Shown one piece after another: positions 48,180-62,400 of a stretch of 64,000 nucleotides of DNA. The position numbers and the translations under genes were made by a program. Location of the stretch: assembly GCA_003427395.1 (NCBI GenBank), contig BFEA01000014.1:789629-853628 (forward strand), written 5' to 3'. The notes under the pieces are model-generated. The model did no database searches. It was not told the DNA's origin and saw nothing but the letters and a program-made list of their open reading frames with translations. This DNA comes from Chara braunii. Lineage: Eukaryota; Plantae; Charophyceae. Numbering within the stretch: position 1 is the stretch's first letter; every line of letters begins with the position of its first letter.

Positions 48180-50130
48180 CATTTTTCTCTTTTCATTTTT
48201 TTTTTTAATAAGAAGGGGATGTTGCTCCTATCTATTCATGGGGAGCAACACATGCTGGGAACCGGGCCCAGCGTCTCTCATAAAGGTACAGCAACAAAAT
48301 GAGATACCGGGGCCATTACCCGACTTCGGCTGAGAACAATGAAGCAAAATTGAAGAAATTTAGAAAACGCCAAGAAAATTCATGCTCAATGAACAGTAAA
48401 ACTCTGCTAAATCTCCCACACCCAATCAGTGGAAATACCGAACCTTGTAAGAGCTATTGAAGTGTTGAAAATGCGCTTGTACATGAAAAATGTGCTTCCA
48501 ATTGGTTAGGAGGGTACTCGTTCAAACCCACCTAAGACCTCACTGACGCAGCCATATTCAAGGCAAGCCAGATCTCTCAACAAGGCCTTATGTTTTCAAT
48601 TTTGACTTATGTCCAAGGACAGACAGTCCTAGTGTGAGGATACCCTCAGACAGAATTTTTTTTTCACTTTTTTTCTTTTTTTTTGAGAGATCTCCTGGCG
48701 GGGTTCCACTTGAGGAGGTGATAAGAGCATCCTCCTAAAGTGGGTCCCTTCTTGGAGGCTCTATCTATTGGTGGGGAGCTTCACTTGCTGGAAACCGGGT
48801 CCAGTGTCCCTTGTATGATGTAATGAGTGTAAAAAATTATGAAGAACCAAGCTGCTGTACACTATAGTTGCATAAGGATGGTCATAAACAGACTGTTAGA
48901 AGAGCTGACACATGAAAGACACGAGATGTTACGAATCACCTTCCAGGAAGCGAATGAGGGGTTGATTCTAAGACAGAATTGTTTGTACTATTACAATTGG
49001 CAGTGCACAACACAGGTCACCCCTCCACAACTTTTCGACCAAATGGCAAGACACGCATCAACAGTCACATAGACAGCGATGGGGGGGCCTTGCATTCCTT
49101 TTGTCGAGTTCCCCTCGATACTAGTAGGGTAATGGTCCTTAGTGCTGGTCACATGAAGTAGGATAGTAGAGATTGGGGGTGCGATAGGAGTATTGACGTG
49201 AGGATGGGGTGGGAGGTAGCCTCGTTCCCTCAGGACAACCATGGCTGACCGCTCCAGGCGATCAATGTGTGCCTAGTAACCGGCCTCCACAACACCCTGG
49301 GATTGATAAGATTAGGGGGGGGGGGGGAACAAAAAAAAACACCACCCGTGCCTTTGAGGCTGTTTCTTCCAGCATGCATTTTTTGCCCACCTGTCACACA
49401 CCCTATGCTGCCAACCATTCTGCTCCAATTAGACCCGGCATTCCTGGTCCAGTATATACGAGCCTCCTTTTTCCGGTGCTCATCTCTGCCGCACACCTGA
49501 AGGAGGCTAGTACTGGTTGTCCTGGTCCGGTACTTACGAACCCCCTTTTTCCGGTGTTGACTTCTGTCGCACACCTGAAGGAGGCTAGTACTGGTTGTGG
49601 GAAAATGAGGGTGCTGGTCAGTGACCGACTCACTTAGGATTTTCGTGATGTCCCGGTTCAATCACCCCAACATCCAGAGAAGAGGCTGCACTGTTTTTTT
49701 TTTTTTTTTTTTTTTTTTTTTTCCGATGATGAAGGCTCCATCTATTGGTGGGGAGCTACACCTGCTGGAAATCGGGTCCAGCGTCCCTGTACAATAACAT
49801 GTGTCAGCTGGAAATCGGGTCCAGTATGTGGGTCCGTGCTGTACAATCCACTTTTGGCACGGGTCCATGTTAGATTTTTTTATTTTATTTTTTATTTTTT
49901 ATTTTTTTGGAGAGATTGCTCCGATCTATTAGTGGGGAGCAGCACGTGCTGGGAACTGGGCCCATCATCTCTTATAATAGGAATACAATGCTTTTTTGAG
50001 CATCACGTGCTGAGAACGGGGCTCGGCATCCCTGATGAAGTTCATAGGTGAGAGTTTGAGAAGACATGAGCATGAGACAATCACAGAAAAGCCACTGTGC
50101 TGGAAACCGGGTCCAGTGTCCCATGCCTCT
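48180..50130 (-). mobile_element. Stack of nested short LINE/SINE 3' ends
   Basis: T-tract + 3' motif units at ~48221, 48699, 49733 and 49916; partial motifs at 49806 and 50097. Confidence 0.75.
49442..49598. repeat. ~78-bp tandem duplication
   Basis: TCCTGGTCC...GCACACCTGAAGGAGGCTAGTACTGGTTG x2. Confidence 0.93.
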
Positions 50131-52050
50131 AACTAACTGAAAACCAAAGACCGGGGGTCTGCGAATGCCAGATCTTATGTAAAAAACAAGCAGCCCTTCT
50201 TCTAACCCATGGCCTGGCTCGGGAACCAGCAGGAGCCACTGGGGGGCACCAGTGGGTCCTTTCGTCTCCTTGCCCGCCCCTGGCTCTCAGTCTGTCTCGG
50301 ATAGCGGTAGGGGCCACTGGGGGGCACCAGCGGAATCTCCTACCGTCTCCTTGCCCCAACCCCAAAACTGTCCTTTTTCTGCCTGACGGGCTGCTTCACC
50401 TATTGTCTTTGGGGTCGGGGGGCACCGGTCCTCCTAGCATTTGGCTACTTCTCTCCTTGCAGGGTTTCTACCACCGACAGCGGGTGGGGAGGGAAAGGGT
50501 CCCCGAAGTCGTGCGCAGGTCTGAGTGGGATCCCAGAGTCGATGACCGTCCAGTCTTGAAACTGCAGTCTGTAGTCCCGCTTCGTCTCCTGAGGATCCTC
50601 CTCCTCTGTTGTTCGCTGGTCCATCTGCTCATCCCCCGACCATGTCACCTTGTCTATCTAGTCCCCCCTCTTCCCTCCCAGCCGTTCTTTGCCGAAGCGA
50701 GAAATAATTTGATCCACATCCGTCCTAAAATGTACAGTGTCCAGTCTTTCTTTCGCAGCCTGCCAGCGAACGGTAATCTCGGTTTGCACCAGTTGTTTAA
50801 TCTGTTCCGTGACCTCCCCCTCCTCCACTTTGGCTCCCTCCAATTCCAGAACGCAGCTCCTCCAAAAGATTACCCAAAGTATGGATCTTCTGCCCAGACA
50901 GAAGAGGTTCCAAGCACACTCACCTTCAGAAAACTTGGGCAGTGTCCCAACAGTATCGCCCTCCAATCCCATGGCCATGGTAATTCTGGAAACATCTGCT
51001 GCCAGATCCTGTCCCACCACCGCCAAAGCAGTACCGACGATGGGCACTGCATAAAAATGTGTTCCACCGTCTCCGGCCTCTTTTGTGGGGGGAAGCTGAA
51101 CATGCACCTTCGACACCATGGTAGAGCACGGCCTTGAAACCATCCAATTGGGCCTCAGCAGGCTCCTATCTATGTTTAGCTGGAGCTGCCACCTATCCTC
51201 CACCACAGCCCAAAGGCATCTTCTGGTCCTTAACATCCTGTATGCCATTTTTGTCTTTAGGTTGGTCGAATGCACCTCTTTTTTAGATCTCTCCCCTCTT
51301 TTGGTCACGGTAATCCCTCGCTTAGAAGTTGTTTGGAATGTTTACACACATGTGGGACCCATTCAAAGAGATCGTAAATATGGGAATTATAGTAAAATAT
51401 ATTACCGACCCTGGTTCGGAACAGAAGAACTCAAGAAGTTTCTTCGAATTATCTTGCCATNTATTCCTGTTCAAAGTATGCTAAGAAGAACGATGTTGCT
51501 TTACAAAGATGCTAAATTTCAACAACGCTGGATCTCCACCTTCATTCCCTGGGATCAAGGGGCAGTTCCGCAAGTGGATTCTCGGGTCTGAAAGCCCTCC
51601 ACCCCGTGTCCTCCTCAACCACCCGGATGTGGTAGACCTCTTTTTCTCTCCTCCATATAAAGGGTTGCGTACTCCTCGTTAACCTATCGTTCTTTCCTAT
51701 CGCAAAATATTCCATCAATACATTTTTCCGCCCCACCAGGTGGACCCGTCCCACCTGGTCTGTCTTCCCTGCCAGGCCCACCCAGTCGCCTTCCTCCAGG
51801 GGGGGGCCTCTCCTCAAAATAGTGAACCATGCCAGCGGGAGGCTTTCTATCAATTCGTCCAGTACTTCCTGAGTCAGGTGACAATAGCACAACCACCTTC
51901 TCATTCTTTTTGTGCTCTTCCATCCCCTGGCTTTTGCATCCTAGAAATCCCCCACCCTTAGCACCTTGTGCTTCACCCACCCTTTCCATGGGGGATCAAA
52001 ACTACATCTCAGCTATCCACAGGAGTCGGTGATTCACTTATTTCTGAAGA
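50130..52050 (-). mobile_element. 5'-truncated LINE ORF2 C-terminal part, same family as 45190-48072
   Basis: ETVEHIFMQCP, LGRRSILWVIFWRSC, WTVIDSGIPLRPAHDFGDPFPPH, RRGPPLEEGDWV. Confidence 0.9.
51322..51540 (+). pseudogene. Organellar LAGLIDADG homing-endonuclease ORF fragment inserted in a LINE
   Basis: AT-rich open frame LEVVWNV...YYRPWFGTEELKKFLRIILP.IPVQSML...LLYKDAKFQQRWIS resembles the C-terminus of group I intron LAGLIDADG_2 ORFs (recognised from memory). Confidence 0.7.
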
Positions 52051-54434
52051 GGGTTTGTTTTAGACTTCCTCCCACCTATCTGGAGTTGGCCTGGAGGGCA
52101 AAGGGAGTTTTTTTCATGCCTTTAACAGACGCGGCCAGAATGCCTCAACCGGCTCTCCATTCCTATGTCTTTGCGGGATCCGTCAGAATCTATCGTCTAG
52201 CTACACCAACGGATCGATTTCTGGGTGGGTTTTCATGTCGAGGTCTGCTATCTGCGTCAAAGCCAGAGGGATCCAGAGTGAGAAGGGTTAAAAGATCGGG
52301 GTCGGTTAGAACTTATAATTCCAATAATACATATAAGTATTACACTTGCTAAGACTTTGAAGTTGGATATTGGGATCTATCAACAGGAAAAAATTGGTTT
52401 TTTCAGAAATCAAGTTTGACTTTTTTTTTGTCAAAGTTCTTCGGTTTATCAATAGTTGTTCATGTGTTGTTATGGAAGCAATTCATATTTTCATCAGGAA
52501 GTCAATTAAATCAACATTGGTCTTGCAGCCAGACTGGGGGCATCATGAAGAACAACAAAAGCTCTACGTTGGAACTTTTTTGGTCCAACGTTGAAAAACA
52601 TGTTGGACCATTGTTGGTCTGTTGTTGAACCCTTGTTGAACTCTTGTTGAAAAACTGTTGAAAACCTGTTGAACTCTTGTTGATCAACATTGGTGTGTAT
52701 TTTCAACAACAAAAAAAAAAACATTTATTTTAGCATTAACTCTGGCACTTGTAAATTATTTTTGCTCCTATTCATGTTTTCATTTGTAGATTTGATACGT
52801 AATTATGGACAATGACAAATGACAAAATTATATATAAAAATTGAAACGCATATATTATCGGGGGTTTTCATTTTTTTAAAGACCGTAAGATACGTTAGGA
52901 ATCGTGTAACGTCTCTATTATTATATTCACTCTAAGTTGTCAAACGACGAAGGGTTTGTTTATTCTCTAAAAATTGGTCTAATTGAATGGTATGCCCGCT
53001 CCTTGAAAATCGAACGTGTTGATTGATCTTATGACTCTCTAAAAACCGAACCTGTAGACTAATTTGTTGAATATCTAAAAGTGTAACTTGTTATTTGACT
53101 CGTTGGGACTCCTACTTGAGACAGTGATAATCCCCAAATGGAGTTATTGACTAATTCGATGATCCGATTGGGGGAAATCATTGGTAATCAACTTATGTAT
53201 TCCTTCCTCAGCCAAACATGTGGAAGCGTTGTCCTCTCTTCAAAAATTGAGCTTGCTGACTAAGAGAGACAGGGTTTACGCCGTGAGGGGGAATGGACTG
53301 AGAAAAAGAGGGAAAGAGAAAGAAAGGTAGAGAAAGAGAGAGGAGGAAAGAGGGACTCCTATCATCAGAACACCGAGATCTTGTACACTGGACTTTGGAT
53401 GAAGTTTCCTCCAAACCAAACAGATAATGACCGATCAAAAGTTGGATTGAGCTCGAGGAACGACGGTGGCTGCTCTATGATCAATATGTTAAATTCCTTT
53501 CAGAAATAAATAAATAAAATTCGAGTTGATTTTATGGGTTGCTAAAACCTCGAAACAAATTCGAGTCAAAATTTTTGATCTATAGACCAGACCTGTAAAT
53601 TATATATCTATATCTTTTATTATTTATCTTTTTATTTACAATGCATAGAAATTTTATTTCAGGAGCATCTCATAAGTACGAGGCGTGATAGTCAAAATAA
53701 ACCCCCCTCCCCTGTTGCGTCACTGTGGACTTCTGATGCGAGCACGGTGGGTGACAGACGTCACTGTCCCTGGCTTCAACAACGAACAGATGATTCTCTC
53801 CCCAGATTTCCTCACAACATTGGCGTCGTTGGCGGAGAGGGAATTGCACCGCCAAGGCTTCGGCCTTCCCCCACCAAACAGGGGTGCAACAGAGGAAAAA
53901 ATCAATGTTATATTTGCTTGTTTAATTGGTTAATAAATATTTCTACTTATTTAAATTTTAATCATTTATTTTATATTTTGTGACTCGTTCGTCTATGGTT
54001 AGAGTTTACATCGACCAAAGTTAACGAAGACGATGATCAGGAAATTTGGGGATCTTCGGTGCTCGAAACCGAGCACCAAAAACCAAGATAATATTTTTTT
54101 TATTGATAGTTAAATATTTAATTGAGGAAATTTAATTCAGGATTTATTTATTTTTTAAAAAATTGAGGGGGAAATGGAGACCACTTACTAGGAGCAATGG
54201 GTAATTTTTTTTCGACATTTTGAGATCTCACTCGGGGAGAACCGACATCGTATGCGACCGGTACGTGGCCCAACAAACCCTATTAATTGGATTTAAATAG
54301 CCAGATTCGGATTTTTTTATATTAATTTATGTAATACAAAAAAATAAAAAATAAAAAATTATAATCCGCTGAAAAGTTGGGTTGATCTCCTAAGAGTAAA
54401 TGTGTAGAGTTTCTTCGGGCAAAAGAGTTCTATA

Positions 54435-56450
54435 GTGCGCGTGCGGGGCCGATGCCTAACGCACAGTCCCCGCGGGGGGGACCTTCTCGGTCGTGTCACG
54501 CAGGATTGGCAGATTCGCAAATTGCTTCACGCAAAGGGAAGCGGCGGAGCCGCTCTGGCCGAGTGCGTCTATAATACCTCCATCGAGTCCCTACGACATG
54601 ATAGGGTTTCGCGAGGTACAACTTACCTCCACCCGCGGAAGTTGTCACCATCCTTTGGGTAGGCGTATCCCCGCCGAGCTATTGAACCACACGCGAAAGC
54701 TTTTACGTGCAATCGTGAAGTTGACCCAGCTGAGGGCATTTCTCGTATGCTGTAGCATAGAGGGCACGAGCGGTCCACGCCTAGCTCGAACCCGTACGAG
54801 GATTGTCACGTTGGGCGTTGATCTCTTATGTGCGATTTAACGTTGGTCGAATATAACATTCTAACATAACCACACGACATACAGCAAAAATAAAACTAAC
54901 TCAAACAAACAAATAAGCCTAGTCCATTTTTCATACACCCTGACCCATAACTCTAAAAAAGTCAAAGTGCATGAGTGAGGCCCACGCAAAGCTGCATAAA
55001 AAAAAAAAATCATAACGCTCATCATGTGCACTCACTTTATGTACTATCATAACGACACTTCATGTGTTACCCACAACCGCACAACCTCTCATGGGTTTCA
55101 GGGTTGCGTACTACACTCAAGTGTCGAAGGTGAAATATCGTGAAGGACCTCTCCTTCATGATATTGAACGGTTGAAGGATATCAGTTCAGCCCTTGCGAC
55201 ACCCCTGTCTTTTAGGCAGTGGGTAACGATAGGCAAGGGGCGTAGGTCCGGCTCATGAGGGAAACCCTTTCGTGTTGGACCAAAGTCTGGGATATCCTGG
55301 ACAAGGACCTCGAATTTTATACTCAGGACCAATGCCCGACCAATAATCTAAAAAGAAAATCCCCTTTGAGATGGTGTACGCTCGTCTTTCCCCTGCGGAA
55401 AGAAAATACGAGTAGTCACAAGTTGACGAATAATTCGCCGTACCCGAACTAACTCTCAGTTCGATCGAAGGTCGAGTGTCGAACCTTGCGCCCGGCTACT
55501 CCTGTCTGCTCGCTAAATGAGTGCGGCATGAGAAAAATAAAAAAGGAAAAGGAGTCTCAAAGGAAATCAGGGAGTGAGTTTGGCTACTCCTACTTGCTCA
55601 CAGTCACAGTTGAACCTTGTCACTCCTACTCTGCACTCATTCATCCATATCACCCTTAATCCATGAGTGAACGCTCGCTCCCATACATACTTGCATACAC
55701 ATGAAGTCCAATAAAAATCCACACGTAGATGCTACAGAACGTGATCAACCCCTTTGTCCCCAGGTTCATGTCCGACACGCCCCTTTCCAACCCCCACTTA
55801 ACAAAGGCATATCCGTCTGCACCGATTCACACAACTTTTGCAAGGTCATTCAAGAGAGGTTCCAATGATAGTTTTTTTTTCACACAAAAATGCCTTTCGC
55901 CTACAGGGTCAGAAACATCTAGACGTGGGTATCATGGTGGATAGGAGTTGAGTCACAAACCGACCTGCTATCAATCCGATAGCAGAAGTTGATAAAGGTC
56001 AAGATCTCTGGGACCACTCACAGGTAACGGTGATCTGTGTCACAAAATCAAGACATGAATCGCTTGTCAGAGTTAATGGAGGTTTAACTCTGTATCACAG
56101 TCTACACTACTTGGCAATAGCGTCCGGTAACAATATGGAAATCACGAAAACTTCGGCAACACTTCCTTTAGGGAAGTGTGCTCGAATAATATAAACTACA
56201 CAAAATCTAAATAGGAAATTCGAGACTCATAAAATATATGAAAATAAACTAATTCCTTGGTTTCAGTATAAATTTCGGCAGCACTTAGGTTTCCTTTAGA
56301 AAGGAAGGCGTTTAAAATTCCTACTGACTCCAAAGACGAAACTATATCCTATCATAGTTGACATCTCTGAATCTTGACTAACTTTGGGTATTTAGCAGAA
56401 ATTTTGGTAGCACCTCCCCTCAGAAAAAAAAACTCTCATAACTTCTACTA
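54435..56450 (-). mobile_element. Non-coding LTR-retrotransposon-like region, copy 2 (inverted relative to 29830-32100)
   Basis: 55287-55313 is the reverse complement of 31130-31156; 54560-54700 matches 31805-31955; AATTTCGGCAGCAC-type motifs at 56150-56420. Confidence 0.7.
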
Positions 56451-57633
56451 ACTCAGAGATTAGCCAATGTCCTACCAAAACAATCACGCATGAAGAGACA
56501 AATGGGAAAACAAAAGTGAACATTTACCTGTTTATCGCTCAAGCATAAGGCGAGCACTAACAGACTACCCTACAAAGAAGAAGACAGACAAAGCTTTTAG
56601 CAAAAAGGACAAGGCATTGTCGGGGGGGGGGAGGAATGGTTGCGGAGAAGGTTGTGGTAGGGGATTATAGAGGGGTGAGGTGAGGGGTGATCTTAGGCAT
56701 TGTTGGGGGGGTTTCACCAAGACTGGTCAGATAAGTCTTCAGGGAGTATAATATGGAAATGGGATATAGTACAAGCAATACATTTCTTCTCAAGGGTTGT
56801 CTAATTGCTCCATATGACTGATTCATCCATATGGATTAAATCATCAATACTTGGTTATCGGCCGCGACGAAAAATAGAGTAAAAAACGTCACATAAAATC
56901 CCGACTTATTACTGGTAGTTTAATATCCCAAATGATCTTTCTCTCCACTAGCCATTTGGACTAAAAGTTGGGGATCAAACTTTTTTAACACTTTACCAAA
57001 TTGTTTGTTTTTTCATGTAGACGGATTAGAAGTCGAGGGTAATTTTCCCATATTTAACCAAATTGTTTTCGTTCTGTAACTTTTCAAAAACTAACTTCAT
57101 TTTTTTTGCAATAATAAGTCGCTATGGAAATTCTTGTCTATAATGGTAGAGCCTAATTCACCAAATTGTTAATAGGAGTGCAAGTCTGTTAATTTAAAAC
57201 AATTCAATCTCATACAGTCTCCACAATTGAACATCTTCGTCCACGAATCGAAATAACAATGATCGAATGTCCAACATTACGATTCATGTAGTACATTGCT
57301 ACAAACATAAGCATTAAAAATTACAACAAAAATATTTTTAAATTATATAAAATTTATATAAATTATTATATAAATTTTACAAATTTATTATTATTTTTTT
57401 TTTAATTAATAAACGAGATAAAAAAAAAAAGGCAAAGAAAAAGTTTGACATTGTATGAAATTTGTAACGTAGAAAGTTGTATTTGAAGTCAAACTTTTAT
57501 TTTTACATGATTAAAAATGAATATATAATCATACAATGATACTATGTAAAAAACTTCAATCATATATTATATAAGTGTTTGACAAAATATGGACAAAAAA
57601 ATTTTAAAAAAAATTATGGAAACCTTAGTTTAA

Positions 57634-57799
57634 ACCACCAGTACCCCCGGAACAGCCTTCTCGAACCTTGCTACCAAACCTCTTCGTCTTTTGGGAATGT
57701 GGTTGGACAGTGGTAGTGACATGGTGGGTTACTAGTCCTTCAACGCTGGCGCCCAATATTTTTATTCCAGTTTTTTTTTTTTTTTTTTTTTTTTTTCAC

Positions 57800-57830
<31 letters not shown>

Positions 57831-58783
57831 TTTCTTTCACTATTCTTTTGTTTTCTGATCTCCCATTGGGTGGTTGCTACTCCAAAGGTGTTGTCCAAGG
57901 CGCTTGTCTTTGGAGAGCTGTCAAGGCACGACTGTCAGAAATCATCAATCTCATGGAGGGTCATACTGATATTCGTTGTATAATTTTGTGTTCCAAGGGT
58001 AGGTTCATTTTCATTTCATCATTCTTGAAACTCGCGCAGAGAGGCAACTTGCAAATCTTGTATGACGAGGGTCCTCACTCCAACACTCAACGCTAAGCAC
58101 AAATGTTAAAAATCATGGCACTGTATCTCTTTTTGCACTGTATCTTTTTTTTTTCCTCGGCTCTTTGGACCTCTCTGCACCATTTACGATATGCACGAAA
58201 GACCAAAAATGTAGTGTATGCCCCATGTTTTAGCGGAAAATTCATTCTCATTTTGTACATTTAGTGAGGAGTGTAGCCACGCTATTTTTGGACACTACTC
58301 TACAGATTCACAAAATGAGAATGAATCTTTCGCTAGAATATGGAACTATACACCGCCATATTTATTGTCCTTTGTGCCTGTGGAGAGCAGTGGAGCGATA
58401 CCCAATTTCTATATTTATGCGGGCGAATCTCGTAGGAAGACGTTCCAGCATAAAAACAAAAAATCAATGCGTTGTACGTCTGGCTTTTCTTACTTTTTTT
58501 CTTACCATTTCTCGATTCATCTGTGTCATCCTTCGAGCAGGGCCATACTGATTTTCTCTGTATTCTTCCGCACTCTAGGGACGATTCACTGCAGGGTCGT
58601 ACTGGTTCTATCTGTATTCTTCCGCGTACTAGGGAAGATTCATTCACATTTTTCACTTTCGGATTACACTTCGAGAAGTACAGCAGAGAGGATGACAAAT
58701 GAGCTAGAAACCACGTCGTTTTGGGATAGGCAACATGCCAGTCGCGCCGTTATCAGAGGCAAAGCTATTTGTTTTTGTCCCAT

Positions 58784-58827
<44 letters not shown>

Positions 58828-58979
58828 CGTTTTTTTTTTCAATATTGTACTCTTTGGTGGCTCATTTCTTTTTCAAAATGAGCGACCATCGAGGCTAGAC
58901 CAAGCCTCTACCAACGCTACCGACGTCTTCCTTGAATTCAGGAAGTGAAAAAAGTTTGGCAGGGTGGGGTACTGGTGGT
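57634..58979. mobile_element. 1.35-kb TTAA-flanked non-autonomous DNA transposon, ACCACCAG family
   Basis: TTAA 57630-57633 + ACCACCAGTACCCC ... GGGGTACTGGTGGT + TTAA 58980-58983. Confidence 0.9.
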
Positions 58980-59118
58980 TTAAGTATGAATAATTATGAT
59001 CACATGCTTGACTAACAAAACAGGTGTAGGATCGGACGCACAAAAGTTTCAATCGATATGAAGGAAATATTACAGATTGCCCCCCTCTTCTTTTTCTTTC
59101 TCGTTTTCCTTCCTGTAT

Positions 59119-59119
59119 G

Positions 59120-59165
<46 letters not shown>

Positions 59166-59268
59166 TAACCAGTCGATCAATCAATCAATCAATCAATCAA
59201 GATCAACTGAAATCGGTTAATTTTGATTGATTGATTGATCGATGGCTGATTGATTATTTGATTGATTG
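59119..59268. repeat. (ATCA)n microsatellite followed by inverted (TGAT)n
   Basis: Direct inspection. Confidence 0.9.
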
Positions 59269-59419
59269 AGAAATGAAAGGCAAAAAAAAAAAAGTCAAAG
59301 AAATGAGAGAAAAAAGAGGTTAGATATAGGTCAAGCACCCTATAAATGACATCAGCCTTAAAATTGGTTCGATAACGGCGACAGTCCCTGCCATCCACAA
59401 ATGTTGGGGGGAAAATGCA

Positions 59420-62400
59420 TTTTTTATTATTTTTTATTATTTTTTATTTTTTATTTTTTTTGAAGAAAAACCTTTGCAATATCCCTCTATCCTGGCGGTG
59501 GTAAGAAAACCGTCAGAATTGAGGGCTTATCTGTCGGGCTGCTCCATCTATTGGTGGGGAGCGGCACCTGCTGGAAACCGGGTCTAGCGTCTCATTGATA
59601 CAACTTACAATACAGATATAATACAGATATTGGTGTTTGTTGTTTCCCAGGGCTGTGGTGATTCATGTCTCTTCCTGGGGCTCCATTTTCTCTTGGAGCT
59701 GTTATTTTCCCCCTTCCCTTCATGAAGTACCTCCTTTTACTATTAGCCCAGCACTAGTTCTGCAGCCCCTCTGAAATGAGGGAGTTCTGTTCTACAACTC
59801 CTCACTGCAATCATGGTACTATAAGGTGTCCCTTTTAAACCTTTTAAGCCCCTAAATCCCTAAACCCTCTCTGTATCCTTGGAGAACCGAAAAACCACGA
59901 AAAACGATAAACCCCGGCTCTGTGGAATGATATGATACCCACTATCCCCCAGTTTCTTGTTGCTTTGTCTGTCATCCCCTTTCCAGATCCTCCACATCCT
60001 CCGCTCCCCTTTCGTACCGCCCTTCGTTGACTGTTCTCGCTCTATCTTCCGAAACCTCGATCAACTTGAGGTCCGCCAGACTCAGGTCATCCAAGATTCC
60101 CACAGCTGTCCATTTTGTTGTTGTCAATCCTGTCACTTCCATTCATGAGCCTTCCGGAGCTTTTGGAGACTTTCATTACCGATTCTGTTCTGGTAAGGAA
60201 GGGGAAGTGAGGAAGGGGAAGTGAGGGGGGGGGGGGGGGGGGGTAGTCGAGAAGGAGGAGGAAAGAGGGGGGGGTGGCTGCATACGGGACGAAGAAATGA
60301 GATAGTGGTTTGTAAGTCCACGTATTTCCATCCCTCCTCCTGTAATTCCATTATATTTGTGAGTCATGGATGTCCGCCACCGCTTTTGTAGGTCCCAACC
60401 ACTCCTATGAGAACCGGATCCTCACTTCCTCTGTTTTCTGTTTCTTAGCCTGAGGGGTGAGGCTCGGGTTATCCTCTATTAACCGCGTTTGGTGTCCAAG
60501 GTGGTCCCAAGCTGCTTTTACCCTAGCTGTCAGGTAGTTTGTGATGTGTTCCTTGGCTTGCGGGAACCCAATCATGTGCTGCTGTTGTTCGAAGGAACTG
60601 CGGGCTCGCCATGCTATCATCAGCAACTCTAGTCTTGTAATTTGAAAGAGGTTTCTTTCATAGGGGGACCAGGTAGCCGGAACGTCCGCCTGGTTCCCTA
60701 GAAGCAGAAGTCTGGGTAACCACGGGAACTGGGAGCCTGCGAGGGCCGTTCATGCGGCGTCCCACCACCTCCATATCAAAGAGACCATCACGCAGCCTAA
60801 TAGGCAGTGTTCCAGGGTCGCTCGCGCGGGCTGGCAGGTCCTACAGCAGTAGCGATAAATGGGCGAAAGACGGCCTTGCTATTCAAGGCCTGTCCTTGTG
60901 ACGAGCCAGTCAGGGGTGAGCAAACAACGGTAAAGGATCTGCCACTGGAGTGCCCTGTGTGTCATCGACATTATGTGTGTATATTGCGACCAGGAGAAGT
61001 CCCTGAGGTCCTTCGGGGGGAGGATTGAGTCCCTCCCCCACCGTCTTTTTATCAAGGCCTTCGTCTGGCAGGTCCTATGCACTTTGCGGTAACCATGTTT
61101 CACGGAATATTGCCAGATTTTGAGGGGTTTGGCCGGGGGAGGCTGTGTCAATTTCCAATCCAACGGGTTAAAGGGTAAAGTGGCCAGGGGGGAGTCCGGA
61201 TGGAAGACAGAGAACGTTTCATTCTCTTCTTCCAGAACTCTGACCCTGACAAGACCAGACCAGTTTGAGTCGTGATCAGCTTCTTCATTTCTCAGCGTGG
61301 GGGAACACCTCACCCCGGGATGGGAAATGTTGTACGCTTTTACGCGAACCTGATGGTTGGACTTGTTTGTCACCCGTTCGACCATTGTTGGTGAGTGGAG
61401 TTGTGTCCATTGGACCACCCAGTCCCCCTGTTGGATGGTAGGACCTTGCTTAAGCTGTTGCACCCAGGCCAGACGGACCGCCTTCTGTAGTTGGCGTAAT
61501 TTTTCGGTCTTGTCCCTGACATGTTGGAGTTTGTCTCTCATTTGGTCATCAGATTTCCAAGTATTTCGTTTGAAATCCCATATGGTCACTCAACCTCTCC
61601 AATGCGATATATTGTCAAGGCGAAAAGGATTCCCCTCGTGATCAGAAATGTGGGGGTTACCAAGGAGCGGTTGTTTAACAATCTCGTGCCATCGCATGGG
61701 CGGGGGGAGCCTATCCGGGCCCATCTCCCGCCACAGTTTGACCATGCCCGGCCACAGGGGGTCGTTTGGAATGTTTTTTTTGGCTCGTTCTTGCGGTGTC
61801 TGTGGGTCGGGCATTTTGGACGCACTGGGACTATCCAGGAAGGGTTGGTGAGCCATTGTTGTGCATGGACGGGAGCCTCCGCAGGCGAGGGGGGGGGCAG
61901 ATTTGTTAACTGCAGTTCAGCATACGGGGCCCACAGAATGTCATTGCCCATGAGTAGGTGAATTATGACCTTGAAGGAGAGGAACGACGGGTCCTCATGG
62001 TCATTTTTCCAAACATAGGCCGCCGCTGCACGTTTGAGTTTTTTAAGGGATCTTGGTTGGATCAGCCAGCAGGCTACCTTATATCACATGGTAGAGAAAA
62101 TGATCGTGTTGAGCGTCAGTGCTCTTCCAACTATGGAGGTGTGTAGGCCCTTCCAACTGGCCAGTCTCCTCATCGCCTCCTTCACTAACGAAGCCCCATG
62201 GTCCGGTAGAGAACCCATCGTCGTGAGTGAAACACCCAATACCAGTATTGCTTCCTCCCGATGTTTCCATTCCACGACCGGTTCAGGCGGGGGTGGGTCC
62301 AAGGGATGGAGCCACCATCCCTCAGTCTTAGATCCCATTTCACCACCATTTCAGACGCTGTCGATAAAGTTTGTATGGTGTCCACCAGGGTTTGGATGGA

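Noticed and set aside
52122-52290. piggyBac-like element ending AGGGTTAA
   Set aside because: No matching TTAACCCT left end
53200-53930. Exons of a host gene (GC-richer islands after pyrimidine-AG sites)
   Set aside because: No recognisable protein, no consistent frame and no clear donor sites
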